Program-made: the position numbers and the translations under genes
NCBI GenBank assembly: GCA_963693365.1
Contig: CAVNZM010000005.1
Span: forward strand, 9,156,334 to 9,220,333
DNA length: 64,000 bases
Reading direction: 5' to 3'
From: Amoebidium appalachense
Taxonomy: Eukaryota; Protista; Ichthyosporea
Shown here: one piece after another, positions 43,416-64,000 of the stretch
Layout of the letters: each line of letters begins with the position of its first letter
Numbering within the stretch: the first letter of the stretch is position 1
Notes under the pieces: generated by a model
The model's input: only the letters and a program-made list of their open reading frames with translations
What the model was told of the DNA's origin: nothing
The model's database searches: none

Positions 43416-44505
43416 GGTGAGGGATCCAGGGGGAGGGGGATCCATACAGACCCAAAAAAAGCAGATTCTGAGTGGTTAATAGCTTAATAATAGGAGGGAT
43501 TCACATAGAGGCACACACACACACATCCCCACGCACACACTTCAGCGCCATCGCAAGCCATACAAGCGCACCCGCACGGTGTGCACATGTTTTAGATATG
43601 AAAAGCACACAAGTTAGAAATATAAGCACACACGACTGGGAAACAATCACACAATCACCATGCCCAGAGTGATAAAGAAACACACAAGCACACTAAGTAA
43701 AGATGGCGCGCACACATGCTCCAGAGTAGGCATCGATTTTTTTTGTTTAGCTGGAACCAATTGCTCACCCAACCTTCTAACCTTATATGGCTAGTTTTCA
43801 CGGCCTTATGACTTAACGCTCAAGGAAAGGATCTATGAGCTCCTCTCCGAGCCGCATTCCAGCAAGGTGGCAGCAGCGTGGTTCTATTGGCTGATGGTGA
43901 TGATAATACTGGCTGTGCTTGCTATCATACTGGATTCGGTCTACTCACTCACCCAATGGAGGTACATATTTGAAAATAAACTTGATAACTTAGCAATTTG
44001 AGTGGTTGGACAAGGACGGTTTAAATGGTGATTTCGTGACTGTGTGGTAAATATTGTGGAGCAAAGGCAGCTGAGAACGACCGGAAGTTATGTGCAGAGG
44101 GGAACGCAAAATGCTGCGTGCATGCGCGCATACACCGCACACACAGAGAGACGGGGGCAGGGGGGGATATAGAGTGGGAGATGGAGAGGGGGGTGGGGGG
44201 GGGGGGGAGGGGGAGGGAGAGGGGAGAGAGAGAGAGGGGGGGGGGGGGGAGAGAGAAAGAGAAACATACACACACACACCCCTCTCATTCCCCCCTATAT
44301 CACACACACCTCCTACATGTTCGTGATTTTTTCAAATTGAGACTCCCTGCTCCTCCTGCTCTTCGTTATCCGTGTTTCCTTCTACACCACTCTTGCACAC
44401 ACACAGAAACCATCACGCACGCATGTGCACACACAAAACACACATGCGCGTATGCCGCAGGCACTCCTGCAAGCACGTACGCATGCACACAAGCGCACGC
44501 GCGCT

Positions 44506-44560
<55 letters not shown>

Positions 44561-44928
44561 GCACACACACACACACGCACACGCACACACACACACACAC
44601 ACACACAGGCACACACACACATGCCCCTTTCCCCCTTTCCCCCCCCTCATCCTCCCCCAATCGCCCCCCCCACACACACACACACAACCACACTTAAAAG
44701 GAGAGAAATATCGACTCTTATGTCTTGCCCCCCCCCCCCCCCCCCCCCCCCTCCCCCCTTCCCCCGGGAAACCACCTCACCAAATTATCTTTCTACAGTG
44801 AGGCAAACCACAACTTTTTCTTCATCTGCGAATTTTTTGCCGTTTCCTCTCTTGCCGTTGACTATTTTGGCCGCCTGTTCACGTGCCCATGCAAAAAGGA
44901 ATTTCTGCTGAGCCTGAACAACCTTATA

Positions 44929-45770
44929 GGTAGGTGCTATTTATGGTAACATGCTTCTATTTATAATGTGCGTGCCTGTTGGTTAGGTGCTGCTTATGGA
45001 ACTGCGCTCCTATAAATAGCATGTGTCTGGTTGGTAGGTGCTATTTATGGAAAAGCGCTTTATTTAATAGCACGTGTCTGTTTGGTAGGTGCTATTTATG
45101 GAAACGCGCTTTAATTAATAGCATGTGTCTGTTTGATAGGTGCTATTTATGGAAACGCGCTCCTATAAATAGCATGTGTCTGGTTGGTAGGTGCTATTTA
45201 TGGAAACGCGCTTTATTTAATAGCATGTGTCTGTTTGGTAGGTGCTATTTATGGAAACGCGCTTTATTTAATAGCATGCGTCTGTTTGGTAGGTGCTATT
45301 TATGGAAACGCGCTCCTAATAATAGCATGTGTCTGTTTGGTAGGTGCTATTTATGGAAACGCGCTCCAACTAATAGCATATGTCTGTTTGGTAGGTGCTA
45401 ATTATGGAAACGCGCTTTTATTAATAGCATGTGTCTGTTTGGTAGGTGCTATTTATGCAAACGCGCTCCTAATAATAGCATGTGTCTGTTTGGTAGGCGC
45501 TATTTATGGAAACGCGCTCCAACTAATAGCATGTGTCTGTTTGGTAGGCGCTATTTATGGAAACGCGCTCCTAAGAATAGCATGTGTCTGTTTGGTAGGC
45601 GCTATTTATGGAAACGCGCTCCAACTAATAGCATGTGTCTGTTTGGTAGGCGCTATTTATGGAAACGCGCTCCAATTAATAGCATGTGTCTGTTTGGTAG
45701 GCGCTATTTATGGAAACGCGCTCCAATTAATAGCATGTGTCTGTTTTGTAGGTGCTATTTATGGAAAGGT
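44929..45770. repeat. 51-bp minisatellite, ~17 copies, in the K+ channel intron
   Basis: Unit ggtaggtgctatttatggaaacgcgctccaactaatagcatgtgtctgttt; 17-aa periodicity in the ORF track. Confidence 0.95.
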
Positions 45771-46553
45771 GCATCTGGTACTTGCGTGTGTGTGTCGTTG
45801 TAAGTGCTCTTTGGAAACGCGATTCTTTAATACCGTCGGTGTCAGTTTACCAGGTGCTATGTCTTTAACAGCGTGTGTAGACGCCTACATGCAACGATTT
45901 GCTGGCCCGTGACACATGTGTGCTATTTCATGTGGAGTACAAATAGGTCTAAAAAAAGCACTTTATTATGATTTTTTAGTTTGGGGGGTGGGGGGAGGGG
46001 GAGAGGGAGGGGGAGAGTGAGGGGGGGGGGGGGGATATCGGCGGAGGTGGGTGTGGAGGAGGGGGAGGGTATGTTGTGCTGATGAGTGGTGGTGGGTGTG
46101 GTGATGGGGGGAGGGGGGGGAGAGGGGGGAGAGGGGAGTATGGGGAGTGCAGTTTGATTTATGGAAGGATAGACGGGTCTTCACGGTGGGAGGGGGTGGG
46201 GAGGGGGAGGAGCGAGGGAGCGCGGGGGGGAGAGGGAGAGGGGGGGGGGGGGGGGGGGGGAAGGGGGGGGGAGGCGGGCGAGGGGAGAGGAGGAGAGAAG
46301 GATAACTGGATTGGTTTTCGGCAAACAAACACGTACAACCACACCTACCTTCCCCCACCTTCCCCTTGATATCTGGTGTCTGACGAATATGAAGTACTAA
46401 AACCCGCCCCATTCCATTTGGCCTCCTCTTCCCAAAACTCACATGCAAATTAACGCACACACACATGCGTACAACTACGCTCTCACATGCACATGTCCAC
46501 ACATGCACAACAATGCACACACTCTCTTTGTGCACACCCACCCACCCAAGTAG

Positions 46554-46730
<177 letters not shown>

Positions 46731-46771
46731 CACGCACACACACAAACGCACGCGCACACGCGCGCGCGCGT

Positions 46772-46811
<40 letters not shown>

Positions 46812-47467
46812 TCACACACGTACCCACACACACTCACACACACGCACACACACTCTCTCTCTCCTTTTCTCTCTCTCTCTCTCCCTCTCTCACTCTCTCT
46901 CTCCCCCCCCCCCCCTCTCTCTCCCTCTCTCTCTCTCCCCCCCCCCCCCCCTCTCTCTCTCTTTCTCTCTCCCTCTCTTTCTCCCTCTCTCACATAAACA
47001 TGTACAAACACACATGCACAAATCTACACAACCTGCCGCCGATGGTAGTTCAGTGTTGGAATTTTAGATTGTGGAAATTTGGTTGGTTGGTGCTGTGTGC
47101 AAGGCTTCAGTGTTCTGCACTCTTTCACACTTTCTCTCTCGTTCCATCCCGCCCCCCCCCCCTTCCCCCTTCCACATTCCCCCCCCCCCCCCCCCCCCCC
47201 GCGGCTACTAACCTCCTCCCTCCCCATTCACTCACACGCACACACGCACACACATACACACATACATACACAGAGTCACACGTACATGCTGCGCACACAC
47301 ACACACACATGCACAAACGGGCACTCATGAATGTGTGCGCCCAAACACTCCCCGACACACACAGTCATGCACTTGGCTGCTGTGAAAGCACCCACACGTG
47401 CACAGACGCCTCCCTCCTCCTCCCTGTTCCTCTCCTTTCTCCCCCTCCCCTCCCCCCTCCCCCCCCC

Positions 47468-47498
<31 letters not shown>

Positions 47499-47926
47499 AC
47501 ACACGCTGCAGGTCAACCCTATTCCAGCTGTTTGTCCGGTCTCCCGTCAAAGCCCGAGACGGGGTCCTATTCCTAATTTTCATATTTTTGCTCCTTGTTA
47601 TATTCTTCAGTGTACTAATGTTCTATCTCGAGACAACCGCATGTAAGTTGGTGGATGGGGTGTGGGTCTATACCATAGCCGACTATGAGGTCAAACCGAC
47701 GGTATTTCAGATTGTCCCTGCTACGTTTTGGTGGGCTATCGTTACGTTGACCACAGTCGTATGTGTCCTTCCCTCCCCTTCTTCCTCCTCCCTCTTCCCT
47801 CTCCTCCCCCCTCATTCCTCATCCCCCCTCTCCCCTACCCCCCCCCCCCCCCCCCCCCCCCCCCCAAAAAAAACCGGGGCTCAATCCACCCACTCTTCCA
47901 CCCTCCCCCCCCCCCCCCCCCCCCCC

Positions 47927-47963
<37 letters not shown>

Positions 47964-48590
47964 GCTGCAATTTCTGTGTGCTCTTCTTTGGAAATCTGCA
48001 CGGTGTTGTCTGTTGTGAAACTCTACTGTGCATTTTGTTACACATTCTACCCCCCTCCCCGACTTCCCCCCCCCCCCCCCCCCCCTTCCCCCATCCCCCC
48101 ATCCCCCCCCCCCCCCCCCCCCTCCCCTTCTCTCCCCCTCCTCTTACCACTACCATCGTCACCATGGGCCACGATCAACCAGTACTTTTTTGAAATCTGT
48201 TTTCCTACAATAATTTGTGCGGTTTGTTCCTTCTTTGCATCCAGGTTTACCACCCTCTCACGCAAATACCCCTCCCCACCACCCCCTCCATCCCCACCTC
48301 TCCCTCTGTTTCAGAACCATCAACCCCTCCCCCAACACTCCCTTGATGACTGACTCTGTTTTTATTTTTTTCTATCTGTTTGTTTTTATTTTCGTTGTTT
48401 TCTTGGTAATGCAGTTGCTTCCATACATGCTTCCTTCTAATCTAATCAAATACATCCCCGTGCCCCCCCTCCCCCCTCCGCTCCCCACTCCCACTCCCCC
48501 TCCCCTCCCCCGGTCCATTCTCCCTTCACTACGTGTGGATTCCCCTTCACTGAACTTTCAGTCCCTTGGTTCCCACCCCTCCCCCCCCCT

Positions 48591-48627
<37 letters not shown>

Positions 48628-49102
48628 CCGCCCCCCCCCCCCAAAAAAAAAAAAAAAAAAAAAAACCTCGAACACACTTGCGCACACACACACACACACA
48701 CACACTTTTATTAACCACTCTTACCGGCAACACACCAGCACACACGTGCATTTCTTTGGCACTTATTATAATGCCCGCCCACCTCTCCTCCCCCCCCCCC
48801 CCCTCCCCCACCCCCCCCCCCCCACACACACATCTACCCCCCTCTACCCTCCTCCCTCCCGCCTCCCCCCCCTCCCCCTTCTCCCCTCTGCGCCCCCCCC
48901 CCCCCCCTCCCCCCAGGGCTACGGAGATACCTTTCCAGTCACCCCAGGGGGCAAAATTGCTGCCACCGCCGCCATGATTACAGCTGTGGTGGGTGCTCCA
49001 CCCGCCGTTTACACTCCTTAGCCATTCTTTACTCTCCTTTACCTTCCATTACTTCTTCGCCCTTTAACCCGTTTTGACCTATTTCTTCCCCATTCATTTG
49101 CG

Positions 49103-49133
<31 letters not shown>

Positions 49134-49694
49134 TTCCCCCTTTCACACAAAAAAATAAAGAAGAAGAAAAAAAAGCCCCAAACCGCTACCTGTGTCCTTT
49201 TGCCCCTCCCCCACCATGAAATCACCACTTTGGACAGATCTTGCAAGGCTATTTGCAGCTCACTTACACCCCCCCCCCCCTCCCCCCCCCCTCCCCCCCT
49301 TCCCCTCAAAGTCCCCACTTCCCCTAACTACCACCACTAAAAACCCCATCCCACACATACAGCCACACACACCTATCTCATCCCATGCCTTTTTTTCAAT
49401 TAAGGTGAAGGCTGAATATCCTCAATGAGTCTCCCCCGCCCCTCTCCCCCCTTTCCCCCCTCCCCCCTCTCCGTCCCTCCCTTTGTTGCCCCTCGGTCGC
49501 CCCCCGAAATCGTGTTCTACATTTTCTTTGCCTAATTCATTGTTTCTTTCCTTTTCTTGTTCCGCCTTCATTTTCACCAATTCGAAACTCTAATCTATAC
49601 AACAGCCTCACCCGAACCCCCCCTTCCCCCCCCCCCCCCCCCCCCCCCCCCACACACACACACAAACACACACACACTCACTCAAACACACGCG

Positions 49695-49812
<118 letters not shown>

Positions 49813-50278
49813 GCCCCTTCCCCCCTCCAAAGCACACACGTACACACACACACACACAGGTTGTCATTGTGTTTCCTGTGACCGTATTAGGTAACGCCTT
49901 CGGGCAGGCAGCTGATGAATACATCCGCCAAAAGGAAATTGAAAAGAAAGCCTTAGATCGCTAAAACGATCAAAAAACATTAAGAGCTCAAGCAGAACAA
50001 CCAGATCAATTGGGTTCGATTCCTCCCCCCTCTCCCCCCCCCCCCCCCCCCACCCCCCACCAAAAAAAAATAAAAAAATACACACACACACACTCTAACA
50101 CACACCTTATGCTTGTGTTGCCTACTACGTGTAGTTGATGTTTGCATATATACATGTATGCCTTTGCATGTGTCCTGCACAGATTTCTCATCATGTAGTT
50201 GTACTGTGCTTTGTGCTCCACATTCCACACCCCCCCCCCCCCCCCCGGCCCTCCCCTCCCCCTCCCCCCCCTCCCCCC

Positions 50279-50331
<53 letters not shown>

Positions 50332-50394
50332 ACACGCCCCTCCTCCCTGCCAACCCTCTCCCTGCCGCCGGGTACTGTGGATGGTTTGAGCCTC

Positions 50395-50510
50395 CCCCTG
50401 AAGATGGACTCTGCTTATGATGCATACTCTTTGTGTGTGCTTTGCAATCTGCATTGTGCTCTCCTCGGTGTATGCGTGCTTCGTACTCTGTAACACATTC
50501 TATCTCCAAC
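50395..50510. repeat. Dispersed ~110-bp repeat family 1, copy 1 (second copy 61563-61675)
   Basis: cccctga(a/g)gatgg(a/g)ctctgcttat(g/c)atgcatactcttt...tgca(a/t)tctgcat...ttcgtact...cattc is shared between the two sites; partial third copy at ~50530. Confidence 0.7.
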
Positions 50511-50936
50511 CCCCTCCACCCATCCCCCAGGAGGATGGGCTCTGCCGATGATCCATTTTTTTTTGTGCGCGTTCTCTTTTATCGCTTTATTTATAGAAAA
50601 TTTACATAGTCATGAATGTGTGCTTGTGCCCTCTAATGCGTTCTGACTTCCCCCAACACCAACCCTTTCCTCCCCCTAGCTGCACATAAACCTTCATATA
50701 AAAATGGAACCAGGGGTTCTGTTATAGAATGGTTTTTTTCCTTAATATCAAAGTTTTGTTGGTTTTCTGTTTGGTTAGGTGCTGCAATGTTTTTGCAATT
50801 TCTGTTCACATCGCATAATGCATGCAATCGATCCCCCTCCCCCCCCTCTCCTCCCCCCCCCCCTCCCATCTCCCACCATCACCATTCTGCATTGTGGTTT
50901 CCTTCATGAATGTGTGCTTTGAGCTCTGGGTGGGTG

Positions 50937-51031
<95 letters not shown>

Positions 51032-51032
51032 G

Positions 51033-51113
<81 letters not shown>

Positions 51114-51678
51114 GGGCCCCATCCCCCCCCCCCCCCTCCTCCCCCCGCCCCACCCACCCACCCTCCCCTCTCTTCCCACCACCATAAACCACCTCTTACC
51201 CAAATAAATTTCTTCAAATGCCAGATCCAGTGGCACTCTGTCCTATGCACGTTCAAGCACACAACCACCAAGAATGGAACTCCCTCAGCCCCAAACCCCC
51301 CCAACTGCCACTGATCCTCCGGCTCATGAAACCCCCAAACCAATTTTCAACACTTTCACGGGGGCACCTTTGAGCGAAACTTTTGCCGAGGAGCTATTGA
51401 CGTACTGGGGGAACATCTCCCTTGAGGATCTCCGTAGAGCGAGAGAGAAGATACGGGCAGTTCGAAGACACCTGAGTGATATCGAATGGCAGTATGAAAG
51501 TTACAGGCTGATTCCATAAAGATCACAAGTGTGATGTTAGTTTACCCCAGCTTGTCAACAGTTAAAAAGATCCGAGTTTTGCGGATTTTATGTTTTAGAT
51601 GTGGTGTGTAAGTGATACTCCTCCCCCCCCCCTCCCCCCCCCCCCTTCCTCCTCCTTCCCCCCCCCCCCCCCCTCCCC

Positions 51679-51732
<54 letters not shown>

Positions 51733-52796
51733 AAAAACCTCCCCATCCCACCACAACCACTCCTTTCCCCCCCCCCCCGCCCTCCCCCCCTCTTCCCACC
51801 ACACACACCCCACCACCGCCCAGCCCCCTCCCACTCCGCCCCTCCCCCCCCCCTCCCCCCCCAATACACACCCCCCCCACGTCCCGTTTAGGGCTGATCA
51901 AAAGACGGATGGGCAACTTGATCTGCAATCAGTTTCGTAAAGATAGTCACCATAAAAACGTAATCACGTGACAAGTGCTCATTCCTATTGGTCCCAGGAT
52001 GCTTGACCGGTACCTGAAGCAGCAGCAGCTGGACCAGCCGTCATTGGGCGGCAGCGAATCAGAAACCTCCGTTGCCTTTCCATCGTCCAATCAAATGAGG
52101 CCACGGAGCAACACGGTTGCGTCCACCATCAGCCTAAGACAGCCGGGGGGTGGGGATAGTCCTCGCAGAAATTCCTCTTCCTCCACATGTATATAGATAG
52201 ATAGCAAGTAAATAGTTTGGTGTGTTGTATTGAATCGTTTTGTGCAACTGTTTGTTTTGTGTCTCCCCCCCCCCCCCCCCCCCTCCCCAAACAGGAAAAA
52301 ACTTAAAAAATCCAAAATCTGTTGGAAAGCTCCATGATTGAGAAGAGGTGCTAGTGTCTACAATATTTCTACATGCTGTAAGAGCCAGGGAAGGCATGGG
52401 AAACCGGGTGTACCCGGTGTAGTATGTATCGCCATTGATGTCCCCAACTCGAGCATAACTAACTAATGATGTGTCGAACGGAAAACTGCCCTGAAACTCT
52501 GCTGTTAATAATAGTATCACACACTAGATAGACTCCGGGAATGTACAGTCCTGCGGATTTTAAAGTGTATCTTGGAGTCTATATAATGGTATGGATTGTT
52601 TTAGCTTCTCCACACAGTGACGATGCCGTAAACGTTTGAGATCTACAACGAATGTATGTGTATGTATGTACCCCGGGCAGAGGAGACCGACTTAGTGAAG
52701 ATAATCAGTATGCTTGTGGTGAAACCAAAACTCTTCTAGAGCCCTTCGCATGTGACCTGGCACACTCGTACTCCGAACTTGATCTTGCCTGCCGTA

Positions 52797-52836
<40 letters not shown>

Positions 52837-52899
52837 GCGGGCGCGCGCGCGCACACACACACACACACCGCACACACACACACACACATCACACGCACC

Positions 52900-52996
<97 letters not shown>

Positions 52997-53145
52997 ACCT
53001 AGTTGTTGCTTACCGTGTACATATTTCACTGGCTGCATGTAATTGGCTGCGCTAGAAAACGCACCTGCCAGTAGGCCGTTAGGTGAGGCTTGGCCCTACA
53101 GTAGACATGTCCGTAGCAATAAATGGTACAAAATCCCCCCCCCCC

Positions 53146-53176
<31 letters not shown>

Positions 53177-53277
53177 ACACAGACACACACATACACAGAC
53201 ACACAAACACACACACTACACACAGGCGTGGATGACGTGCACACAAGAAAACAGCATCTCAGATAATTGGGGAGGGA

Positions 53278-53320
<43 letters not shown>

Positions 53321-53354
53321 GGGGAACCCAACTAATTGATTTTATTTCTAGTCT

Positions 53355-53509
53355 TACGGTGCTTCATAGAGTCAGAAAAACCCTGAAAAATATTTATCAC
53401 CCGACATCTATGTACTTGATCATGATATACGGCTGAGGGGATATTCCGAGCAAAAACCCCATACTTGAGACTGGTATCTATTTGCCTCGAGTAAACTGCG
53501 TAAACCCCC
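53355..53509. repeat. Dispersed ~155-bp repeat family 2, copy 1
   Basis: cacccgacatctatgtac(t/c)tgatcatgatatac(g/c)gctgaggggatattccgagcaaaaacccc...tttgcctcgagtaaac(t/a)gcgtaaacccc is shared with 63718-63873. Confidence 0.85.
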
Positions 53510-53987
53510 TGGATGATCCTTGCCAATTCGGGTTCATAAACATAGGTAGGTTATCCCGTTAGGCTTGTTCCATCGTGCCTAAAAACCCTTCAAGTACACA
53601 CAACACCTAAACATGGAAGCGGCCATGTACACGTACACGTACACACACACACACGCATGCGCGCGCGCACACGCACGCGTTCTGCCATTCTAGCGGCATA
53701 CTCGATTCTCAAATAGTAGTTAGTTTATATTACTGTACCCACCCACCATGTTACACACCAACCCTGGTAATCGTGACTTAGACCTTCGACTAAATCCCTA
53801 ATTTGTGCATGTTTAGAGCACGTAAACGCTGACCCCCTCCCCCCGCCTCCCCCGCTACCTCTCCTTCTGCTCCGGATCCGGAACCCCTCTCTCCCTCCAC
53901 CCCCTCCCCCCACTCGAGAGAAAAAAAACAAAAAAAAAAACAAAAAAATCAAACAATTCATTTCGTTGTTTACCGTGTTGACCCCCC

Positions 53988-54044
<57 letters not shown>

Positions 54045-54391
54045 CCCCCCCCCCCCCTCCCCCCCCCCCCTTCCCTGCCTCTCCCCCCTTAAAGCACGAA
54101 GTTGAATGTGTTAACAGCAGAGCCGCCCGGAGTTTGTAAGGTAAATGAGATCTCAACCACCGCCATCCCCCCCCCCCTCCTCCTCCCCCCAGCCTCCCTC
54201 CTCCTCCCCTCTCTCCCCCTCCCCACCACCAACACACACACCACACACACACATATATATATAAGTGAATCCTGACTAATATTAGTCATTTCGTGACGAG
54301 GGCTCCATCTACGCATGGGCGCATGCCCATGGCACATGGACAGGCCCGGTGTGTCGGACTAAATTATCATAATTATTTATGTCTGTGCCCA

Positions 54392-54560
54392 GCCACAGGC
54401 ACAGGCACAGGCACAGGCACGAGCACGGGCACGGGCACGGGCACAGGTGCACAAGCACAGGCACATGCGCCCCGTGCCCGGGCACGGGCACAGGTGCACA
54501 AGCACAGGCACATGCGCACAACTGCACTAAACTTCTTTCTGCACTAAACTTCTTTGAGTT
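54392..54560. repeat. (GGCACA/GGCACG)n hexamer array plus a 15-bp direct duplication
   Basis: cacaggcacaggcacaggcacgagcacgggcacggg...; gcactaaacttcttt occurs twice at ~54524 and ~54541. Confidence 0.75.
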
Positions 54561-55744
54561 CTCCTTCAAGCTGACACGCACATGTACAGGCACGTTTGTG
54601 AATCCGAGCCTCGCCTGGGGCCCTGGCCCCTGGGCAGGTCGCAAACTTCGCGCGGCCGAGGCTCACTTTCCGTTTTTCATTCGAGTGGACAACCCTTCAC
54701 GTGACGATTGGCGGATATCCAGAGTCTACAAGTTATCTTTTCAATGTTTTATAGCCACGAATCGGATGATAGTCTGGTAAGCGACTGCCGCCGACTGGTC
54801 AATGTTAAAATAAATAGTGTTTTAAATCAGCGCAGATATGGTGTTATATCATGCACTGTGATAACTAGAGCCTTGGCGATTATGATTGGTCAACAAGCTT
54901 TGGCGGCTCTTGGGTTCCCAAGTCTTTATTCTCCAGAATCCGGTTCTTGCAAATTCACTCTTGTGGGCTCTTCATCGTATAAGATGGGGTTTTAGATGTA
55001 CATTCACACGCCGGCAAAAATATATTTACGGGTTTATGTGTTCGCGCCAAAAAAAATCCCAATGCTCACGCATGGCATAGGCATTCAAAATGGCCGCGGG
55101 CCGTTCGAAAAAGGCACACAGACGTCTCCCTAAATAGTGAGTGCCCTTTGTTAATGTTTCCATGTTTCACAGTGAGTAGAGATTTTAAGTTATAGGTATA
55201 GGAGTAAGATGTATTTTAGGCTATGCTGCGGAGAACGATGCATGTTGTGGCGTCTGGAAGTGGTGATAGAGTTGGCGTTTTTCTGTAGTGGTTGATAAGA
55301 CTTGAACATCAACATCGTTGAGTAGGGAGGAAACACGGGAGGGAGAAGAAAGAAGCTGACCTTCAATGAGAAGTTGGATTGCTGGCATTAAAACTCTTTG
55401 TGTGTCTAAAGTTTTAGGAATATTGTTTCGTAATTTACGTTTCGTTCCCCTTTTTCGTGCTGGTGTAAATGGCTCTGAGAGACTATATGGTGGTTGTGCA
55501 CCACTCCTGTCCCACCTATGTGGAGTGGAAGCTAGCTCAGACAGCAACCCAACCTCTACTGTCACGAAGAAAGGAAGAATGATAGTTTGTAGTAGTAGCC
55601 ACCACAGCGGTCTGAAGGGGTTTAAATAGTATAAGCCTTGAACCTTTTGTAGGTTGCAAGTGCACGTTCTGAAGCAAACACTTACTCTTGCTTGTTTTTC
55701 CTTGGGGATGCAGGCCGGTAACCCGTCGACTTCCAACCTTCACC

Positions 55745-62095
<6,351 letters not shown>

Positions 62096-62395
62096 GCATC
62101 CGCCAGCACACACACACAGTTCCTGATCGAACACACCCTACGTGCCCGTATTCACACACAATCTCACACCTACCCCTATGTTGCGTTAATATTCGTTCAT
62201 TTTCAGCTGAATGACATGTATAAATCGAGTGGATGTATCAGTGTTGGCTGTTGGCAGTATGCGGCTGGGCCTATACGTACGTGCACACGTATATACGTAT
62301 ATGTACGTGCGCACGGACGGATACCCGTGTATGTGAGTGCATTAAAACGGCTGCAACACATGGTTGTGTTGAGGTGTGGCTTGGCTGGTCTCCCC

Positions 62396-62440
<45 letters not shown>

Positions 62441-62606
62441 CCTCGTCCCTGCTCGGGGGCGCGCACGCGGGCCAGAGGGGCCCCTTCAGCTGGCACCAAG
62501 CACATGCGTATACACACACACACATACACACTGCTCTTAATTCTCACAGGTTGACTGTATCATGTGTGTATTCCTATATTGTTGCTGTCCCGATTTGGGA
62601 AGACCT

Positions 62607-62648
<42 letters not shown>

Positions 62649-63667
62649 CCTCTGCTCTCCCAATCTCTCTCCCTCCCTCCCTCCCTCCCCCCTCTCTCTC
62701 TGTCTCTCTTTCTCCCCCCCCCCCCCCCCCCCCTCTAGATCTTGCTCACCCCGCCCCCTCCCCCCTCCCTCCCCCCTCCCTCTCTCACTCTCGCAGTGCG
62801 CGCTCTCTCTCCCCTTTTTCGAATTCTCTTTCGAAAAGAAATTTCGGTTCGTATCATCACTAGAACACACTGCCGTCGGACTCCCGCTTGGGCAGCTCAG
62901 CTGAGCTCAAAACATCTCCATGGTAACACAGCACGTGTATGCATCCATACAGTTGTTTGCACGTGTTTGCGCACATGTACATTTTGTGCAGTGTGTGCAA
63001 ACGTGTGTGTGGCGGCGCCAGTGTGTGTGGTGCGCACCTCGTATATATGATGAACCTGGGCCTACCAGGTCTTGCGCAAAAAAAGAGGGCACATGCGGCA
63101 TGCATGCATGGCTAATAGTTTATAACTTTGTGGGTGATATCGATGTTCATGCGCACATTTATACAGTCACTTTCATTTGTAGCACGGTAAGTGTCCGACT
63201 CAACGTCGGGGCGTACATTTGTGCGTGTGCGTAAGTGTGTGGGTAGGGAGGCCGAAGAGGTAGGGAGGGAGGGGAAGAAGGGGGGGCGGGGGGGCTCGAC
63301 ACGATAGGAACAACCGCCCACGTAATACTATACGTATGATGCAGTAAGACCAACATTAGCATGCATATGGCTGGCTATATAGCTCAGAATTTCGAAATTG
63401 TTGGCCATGGAGTTGTGGTACTTCTGCAAAAGTTTCTGTCTTCGAACGGAGTGTGTGTGCGTGCGCGTGTCTGTGTGTGCGCGCTGCGCGAGTGCTTTGT
63501 CAAGTCGGAGTCTTTAAAATAATTCATTCTTTCATTCCTTCTTTTTCTTTTTCTTTTTTTTTCTTTCTTCCTTTCTTCCTTTCTTTCCTTTTTTCTTTCT
63601 TTCCTTTTTCTTCCTTTTCCTTTTTTTCTTTTTCTTCTCTCTCTCTTTTTTTTCTTTTCTTTTTTTT

Positions 63668-63702
<35 letters not shown>

Positions 63703-63717
63703 ACCTTTTTAATCTCT

Positions 63718-63873
63718 ATGGTGCTTCGTAGAGTAAGAACATTCTGATATATATCAGCACCCGACATCTATGTACCTGATCATGATATACCGCTGAGGGG
63801 ATATTCCGAGCAAAAACCCCCCATACCTGAGACCATGGTCTCTCTTTGCCTCGAGTAAACAGCGTAAACCCCG
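63718..63873. repeat. Dispersed ~155-bp repeat family 2, copy 2
   Basis: Homologous to 53355-53509, same orientation. Confidence 0.85.
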
Positions 63874-63891
63874 TGTGTGTGTGTGTGTGTG

Positions 63892-63942
<51 letters not shown>

Positions 63943-64000
63943 TGCTTACGGAAAACATAAGATTTGCAATAATACATAAAATTTTTTACTATCACGACGG

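Noticed and set aside
44929-45912. Regular 51-bp array as a CRISPR array or a 17-aa repeat protein gene
   Set aside because: Units are contiguous with no unique spacers, no cas genes are present, the context is eukaryotic, and the array lies in an intron starting at a splice donor.
49984-50030. tRNA-like agctcaag...gggttcgattcc
   Set aside because: Too short for a cloverleaf, with no anticodon arm or acceptor stem. The GTTCGA coincides with a splice donor similar to the ETFB exon 7 donor gttcgt.
55221-55736. 171-aa minus-strand ORF divergent from ETFB
   Set aside because: Non-ATG start overlapping the ETFB promoter/5' UTR, no recognisable domain and no codon bias; cannot be supported.

Overview
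Eukaryotic nuclear DNA with very dense poly-G/poly-C, (CA)n/(GT)n and (CT)n tracts. Most entries in the supplied ORF track are repeat-derived artefacts. Genes reconstructed by hand, left to right: (1) a THAP zinc-finger ORF running off the left edge, absent from the ORF track and probably transposon-related; (2) three intronless secreted Cys-rich proteins, two of them a head-to-head inverted duplicate and one with no in-frame ATG; (3) a ~4.1 kb tandem triplication of intronless F-box genes with divergent C-termini; (4) a mitochondrial insertion (NUMT) carrying an intact rps13 and the 5' end of atp6; (5) a second inverted pair, UNC-93-like MFS transporters with a gene-conversion tract; (6) intronless NTAN1; (7) a 6-exon METTL21-like lysine methyltransferase; (8) a multi-exon Kv-type K+ channel gene with several lesions and a splice-donor-seeded minisatellite; (9) a 9-exon ETFB. 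An rps13 in mitochondrial DNA argues against an animal or fungal host. A unicellular holozoan such as an ichthyosporean is my inference, not a demonstrated fact. No rRNA, tRNA or CRISPR array was found.
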